In this document: one piece after another, positions 28,640 through 34,245 of the stretch | Layout of the letters: each line of letters opens with the position of its first letter | How positions within the stretch are numbered: position 1 is the stretch's first letter | NCBI GenBank assembly: GCA_963663405.2 | Contig: CAXXSM010000010.1 | Coordinates: 1 to 34,245 of the forward strand | Reading direction: 5' to 3' | DNA length: 34,245 nucleotides | Origin: a bacterium | GTDB taxonomy: Bacteria > Hinthialibacterota > Hinthialibacteria > Hinthialibacterales > Hinthialibacteraceae | The notes under the pieces: model-generated | Database searches by the model: none | What the model was told of the DNA's origin: nothing | The model's input: only the letters and a program-made list of their open reading frames with translations | Translations under genes and position numbers: made by a program

Positions 28640-29145
28640 AAACAAGTTTTGGGAGCTGATTGAACGCGCGAACGAAGTCTCAAAGGGCGATGCGGATCAG
28701 AAATTGGAAGCGTTGAAACAAGAAATTGAACAATTGACGCCCGATGAGATTGTGGAATATGCGAAACTCTTCCAAGAAAAAGAAATCAAAGCGTACCGGT
28801 GGGATCTTTGGGCCGCCGCATACGTCATTTATGGTGGGTGCGGAGATGATTCCTTTATGGATTTTAGAGCGTCATTGATATGCATGGGTAAGCAAATCTA
28901 TGAGAACGCTGTGCTTCGTCCGGATTCCTTGGCGGACGTCGAATTTGGTGATGTGGAGGGAAGAATTGTTCTATGAAGGGTATCAATACCTGCCTTTCCA
29001 GGTTTACGAAGAGAAAACAGGCTTGGAACTGCCTGAAATGGATTCGATCCATGAATACGAACCTGAAGGTGAGGAATGGGATGAAGAATCGGAGGAGGAC
29101 TTTAAGCGGATTTGTCCGAAGTTGGTTGAGGTGTATGGGTTTTAA
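28632..29145 (+). CDS. DUF4240 domain protein; one apparent +1 frameshift
   Basis: MNENKFWELIE, LWAAAYVI.GGC.DDSF.DFR motifs; break near 28958-28961 (GAGGGAA). Confidence 0.78.
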
Positions 29146-29172
29146 CGAGTGAGACTACGCAAGTAAGGGAAT

Positions 29173-30565
29173 TTATTCTTTTTTAAGAACGGCGCTTGAT
29201 TCCTTTGGAACAGACTCTTTCCACCAATTCTTTACTAATGATGTAAGGCGTTTCACTATTTCTGGATGATCGTTGGCTAAGTCGTTTTTCTCGCTTGGAT
29301 CGTTTTTTCACATTGTATAATTCCGCATTTCCAACAATACGATTTCGTCCTGAAGGCAATATCAGTTTCCAATCGCCTTCAAGAGCGTATGTGTATTGTA
29401 AACTTGATTCGGGTTTATTTATATCGACAGCGTCATGAGTATAGGCCGCTCCAAAGATTGCCTTTCGTTTTGCCAGCGCGTCTTTGTCAAGCAAATTGAC
29501 GCCTTGCATATCCGCCGCCGGTTCTAGGCCACATGCGCGCAACGCTGTGGGAGCCAAATCGATCGCGCTGACCAAGGTTTCGTTATCAAAACGCGGCTCC
29601 GCATGACCCGGCCATTTTACCATAATAGGCGTGCGGACGCCTCCTTCATATGGTGTACGTTTCGAACGTTCGGCATAACCACTTTCATCGGGACGTTGAA
29701 TCCAACCATTGTCGCAAACGTAGAGTACCATAGTATTCTCACTGAGCCCTTTTTTATCGAGGTACTGGAGAAGCTCTCCGCAGGTTTCATCGAACCATTC
29801 ACACATCGCCCAGTATTTCGCAATGTAAAGGGATTCGGTTTTTGCCTGATATTTTTCGAGTAAGCGCGCAGGAGGATTATGGGGCTGATGCGGTAAGAAC
29901 GGAGCATACCAGAGAAAGAACGGTTTCGATTCGTCTTGTTCAATAAAATCGTAGATAGGCTGCATCCCCTCGCGGCCAATCTTCAAGCCATCATCACCGT
30001 GCCGTCCTCCACGATCTAAATCTCCATGAGTCATGCCATGAGTGAATCCACCGCGTTTGTAGTTGCCCATCCACCATTTGCCTGTTTGCAGGCTGCGATA
30101 GCCGAGTTGGGTTAACGCTTTCACTACATTCGGGGCTTTTTCAAAATTCGAGATAATCTGCTCCCTTTGCTGGCGGCGTTCCGGCGCCCAAGTTTTTGGA
30201 TTGTATTGATTGCCGGGACCTTTGAATGGAGGATCGTTACTGGTGACTTTATGTTGATGTGGATGAAGTCCTGTTAAAATAGAAGCCAAAGAAGGGCAGC
30301 ACAACGGCGCGGCGGTATATCCCCGCGTGAAGACGACGCTTTGAGAGGCGAGCCGGTCGAGATTCGGCGTTTCGATGGATGGATGCCCCATAAATCCATA
30401 ATCCGTCCAACCTTGATCGTCCGAGATGATCATCACGATATTTGGCGTTTGGTTTGAAGGTTCCATACTCCAGGAATTCCGAGTGTTTATCCTATCTGAT
30501 AGGAATAGACATCCGGCTCCGGTGGATAGCCGTTTTAAGCAATTTCTACGATTTATTTTGTCCAT
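29173..30565 (-). CDS. S1 sulfatase with a Tat-like signal and variant CCPSL motif; C-terminal apparent frameshift
   Basis: PNIVMIISDDQG, TPNLDRLA, CCPSLASILTG, GKWW, DNG, YEGGVRTP; the repaired tail LYNVKNDPSEKNDLA ends at 29173. Confidence 0.85.
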
Positions 30566-30659
30566 TATTCAGCTCCAATTGGATAGAAAGTTTATGACAC
30601 ACCTTCAGTAAAACTTTCATATTATTATGTTCGTTAACTTGCCGGATCGGTCCGGATTT

Positions 30660-32254
30660 TTACAAACGCGAGAATGTCCCGCGCGCTTTCGCGCCGTTTT
30701 CAATTTTCAGTAATAACGCTTTCATCTCTTCCATGATTTTTGGATGCTTATCAATAATGTTGTTTTGTTCACCGATATCCATCGCAATATTGTAAAGTTC
30801 AAACGCCGGATCCGCTTCTTTTTTATTGTTGCGGCTGTGTTTATTTTTTGCCAGTTTCCAATCTCCCTTTCGCAAGGCGATTTTTCCCGGTGATTCTTCA
30901 ATGATACAGGTATTCCCCTTTGCGTCTTTACCAAGTAAAGCGTCCATAACATTTTGGCTGTCCGGCGCCGCGCCTTCAGGGAGTTCAACGCCCAATAGAT
31001 CCGCAAAAGAGGCAAGAAAATCCACGTGAGAGACTAGAGCCGAAGATTCACCGTGCTGGATTGTGGACGGCCAATGTACGATGAGGGGTACGCGCGTTCC
31101 CCCTTCGTATACTTGGTATTTCCCACCGCGGTACGGGCCGGAAGCGTCATGCCCGCGATCCGATTCTTTTGTCGAAGTAAGCACTGTGGTCCCATCATCG
31201 TAGCCGTCATCATAGACCGGTCCGTTATCGCTGGAGAAAATGATGAGTGTGTTTTCCTCTACGCCGTATTTTGTAAGCATTTTTCGGACTTCCCCCACCG
31301 CCGCGTCAAGTTCCACCATAGCGTCACCGCGATAACTGAGTTCGGACTTCCCATGAAAACGCGGGTTTGGCGTTCTGGGCACATGAATCAATTGCGAGGG
31401 AAGATAGAGGAAAAACGGTTGCTTCGGATTCACCGATGTGTGCGCTTCAAGCCAGGCGTCCGTACGCTTTAGAAACTCATCGCCCATAGTCTCGTCGTTC
31501 CAGAGCGCGCTTTTGCCCCCATACATCACGCCAATCCGGCCAATGCCATTGATCACCGTCTGATTGTGGCCATGTGTGCTTTTATAGTAGGTCATGGCTT
31601 CGGGTGTCTTGTGGCCATCGGGATACACCGTGCTGCGGGGGTCTATCTTCGTATTCAAAGAAATGGGATCTTGTGGATCGAGGTTGACCACCCGGTGGTT
31701 TTCAAGGTACACACAGGGGACGCGATCGTTTGTATTCGGCAGTAAAAACGAGTAATCGAAACCGATTTCAAGAGGACCGGGTTTGACGTCCTGATTCCAG
31801 TCCACATCCTGCCCCTCTTCACCAAGTCCGAGGTGCCACTTGCCGATGACCGCCGTCGCGTACCCGGCTTCTTTAAATAGCTTCGGCAATGTATAGTCAC
31901 TTTCTTTGATTGGCATTCGTGAGTTTGGGCCAAGAATCTCCACTTGGCGGCGCATCGCTAGATGACCAGTCAGAAGGGCAAAACGCGAGGGGGAACAAGT
32001 CGCCGCCGGGCAATGGCTGTCGGTAAAATTGATCCCCTCGGCGGCGAGACGGTCAATGTTTGGAGTCGGAATTTTTTTTCGAACCGTTGACGCCAATATC
32101 ACCGAATCCGACGTCATCACCATAGATGATAACAACATTGGGCCGGACTTTCGATTTAGAGTTCAAAGCCGCTTTAGCGATTCGAGCGGTTGTGCCGAGT
32201 GAACAGATGATAGAGGCTGATAATGAGGTTTGTAAAAAAACTGCGCCGATCCAT
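30660..32254 (-). CDS. Tat-exported arylsulfatase (S1); two apparent +1 frameshifts near the 5' end
   Basis: Repaired N-terminus MDRRSFLQTSL...RPNVVIIYGDDVGFGD; CSPSR, GKWHLG, SSDNG and YEGGTRVP motifs. Confidence 0.85.
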
Positions 32255-32298
32255 GCTGTAACTCCCATATGATTTTATAAATGACTCTTTTGGATCAA

Positions 32299-33171
32299 TC
32301 ATTCATTGGTTGTATTATTGACTAAAAAGAATTTTTCATACACAGAATCAATTTGAAAACCGTCTACGCCCGCGCGGCGTAAGCGTTGAATATCCACTTC
32401 AGCCAATTCGAGATGTTGGTCCGAGGGATAGCGAAACGTATTGATTGCGGGAATCACATACGCTCCATTATTGCGCAAACGCTCAATTAAATCATTCGGC
32501 AATTGAGCGGGAAGTCCGAACCAGAACCGTTGCCGCAAATCGATTTTCTTGTTTCCTTGAAGCGCTTCGATCTCCTCTCTTGTAACAGTCAATAAGGCTA
32601 CTTCTTGTAGGCCTTTTCGCGCCGATGGATTGCCCGTGATCGTAATACAAGCGTAACGGAGGCCATGTTTTACGATTTGATTGGCTATCATGCGGTAATA
32701 GGTAATATCGCCATAGGTTTTGATATCCAGCATGACACCAAGATGCAGCGATCGGCAAAAAGCCAGCGCTTGATCCAGAGAACAGATGGTCTTTTCTGTT
32801 CCGCGGTATCGAATCTGGAGCGCTTCGTCCAACGTTAGATTTCCGATGGTTTGATCGGCGCCGCATGCGTTCCGCAAAGAGTTGTCATGAAAAACGACGG
32901 GGAATCCATCTTGGGTACACCGAATATCCAATTCCACCATGTCGTACCCATGCTGCGCCGCAAGGCGGATTGCGGATAGAGAACACTCCGGTGAATCCAT
33001 TCCAATCACACCCCCGCGATGCGCGATTAGAATTGGCGCGCGGCTGCGAACCTGTTGCGCATTATGAAAATCGATTAAGGGCTTTTCTGTTGCATCGTTT
33101 TGCGCATCGAATGCCCAAGATAGTGGTACAATGAAAAGAAAAAGAGGTAATCCAAATCGAAATGGTTTCAT
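32299..33171 (-). CDS. Secreted glycerophosphodiester phosphodiesterase family protein
   Basis: IAHRGG, VELDI, VVFHD, LDIK and GVDGFQID motifs; signal peptide. Confidence 0.88.
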   Translation of the reverse strand: MKPFRFGLPLFLFIVPLSWAFDAQNDATEKPLIDFHNAQQVRSRAPILIAHRGGVIGMDSPECSLSAIRLAAQHGYDMVELDIRCTQDGFPVVFHDNSLRNACGADQTIGNLTLDEALQIRYRGTEKTICSLDQALAFCRSLHLGVMLDIKTYGDITYYRMIANQIVKHGLRYACITITGNPSARKGLQEVALLTVTREEIEALQGNKKIDLRQRFWFGLPAQLPNDLIERLRNNGAYVIPAINTFRYPSDQHLELAEVDIQRLRRAGVDGFQIDSVYEKFFLVNNTTNE

Positions 33172-33540
33172 CGTGACTTCTGCTCCCAAAAGAAAAATCC
33201 CGCATAAATAGAGAATTTGACAATATGTGAATCTCTCCTTCTCACCAAATCAATTGAAAACAGAATTCCATGAATTTACAAGAGGAGCCAGTAGACCTGT
33301 AAATTCAAAATGGCTGGTAAAAGGAGATGATGCGTGAGGTGTCTTTCAGGCTATTCCAATTTGGATCATGAATGGTATATGGTACATGGTATTATCATCG
33401 TATATTTGGGATGAAAGGAATCGAGGAGAGCCAATTTGTTGATGGGAATCAAACGTATCGGTTTGAGAGTAGAAAACGTATCACTTCTAATCCGATGACC
33501 CTAAAATGGAGCCGTTAATAGATGATCCGGCTCATCGATT

Positions 33541-34179
33541 TTACTGCCCGCGCTCCATTCTCATACCTCCAGGACCGCCCATCATACCACCAGGACCTCC
33601 TCTAGGACCACCGCGTCTGCCACGAATGGGGATCCCCAATCGTTCAGCCGTCTCTTGAAACGCTTTTCTGCGAGCGTCGATAATCCCTTGCATGAGCTGG
33701 GCGGTTTTCTCCGCCTTTTCTTCTTTCGCCGAATCAACAACCGGCTCAAGTTCGTCGATAGATTCTTCAAATTCTCTTGCCGCTTGACGGCCTTTGAGTA
33801 CTAGGACTTGTTCATCAATTGCCGCCGCCGCCTTTTGAATAATTTCGGTTCTTTCTCGCATCTTTTCCATCATGGCTCTGAAATCAACGTCTGGTTGGGG
33901 TGGGCTCGCTGGTGGTTCAATTCCTTCCAATGCCTTTTTAATAGCAGTTAATTGCTCTTCGATCATTTTGATTGATTGATTTGTTGATTCAACATCTAGA
34001 AAGCCCGGAGGACCACCTCGAAAGCCTCTTTGTCCACCACGGCCACCGCGGGATCTGTCCAGGCTGGGATCTTCACGGGCCTCAAGACCAGGCCCCCGGT
34101 TGACACGTTGCCCAAATGCTGACCATGAGAATGAAAACACCATCAATAGTGCGAGGATTGATACTGCGCATTTCTTCAT
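33541..34179 (-). CDS. Secreted helical hypothetical protein with Gly/Arg/Pro-rich ends
   Basis: Signal peptide (AFG-Q); coiled-coil-like core; RGG/GGP low-complexity termini. Confidence 0.7.
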   Translation of the reverse strand: MKKCAVSILALLMVFSFSWSAFGQRVNRGPGLEAREDPSLDRSRGGRGGQRGFRGGPPGFLDVESTNQSIKMIEEQLTAIKKALEGIEPPASPPQPDVDFRAMMEKMRERTEIIQKAAAAIDEQVLVLKGRQAAREFEESIDELEPVVDSAKEEKAEKTAQLMQGIIDARRKAFQETAERLGIPIRGRRGGPRGGPGGMMGGPGGMRMERGQ

Positions 34180-34245
34180 GATTTTGACCTTTCTATAAGA
34201 GGAATGAGTTCAATTTGTTCGTTTCGGCGCCCCAGCGCAGTTCTG

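Overview
Bacterial chromosomal window dominated by secreted or periplasmic proteins: Tat-signal oxidoreductases, two sulfatases, a beta-helix protein, an FG-GAP protein, a tandem SUMF1-domain protein and two paralogous class III signal (pseudo)pilins. It also carries a one-piece tmRNA (ssrA, 16239-16591, minus strand, tag ANYELPLAA). The protein style (FTLIELLIVVAIIGILAAIAVPNF pilins with an SNGxxSxGD tail; secreted proteins ending VxD[FW]xLY) suggests an OLB16/Hinthialibacterota- or Sumerlaeota-like lineage, which is inference only. At least eight genes are split by apparent single-base insertions, mostly in homopolymers and probably sequencing errors. Repairing them reveals a five-gene module: Tat AKR-like protein, Tat Gfo/Idh/MocA dehydrogenase, membrane-anchored heptaheme cytochrome c, cytochrome b and a signal-less ApbE. 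Other notable signals are a candidate C-terminal sorting motif linked to a variable pilin family, and a ~180-bp MITE-like element (two diverged copies) carrying a nested REP-like hairpin with compensatory stem changes (four copies). No integrase, transposase, CRISPR, rRNA or tRNA was seen.
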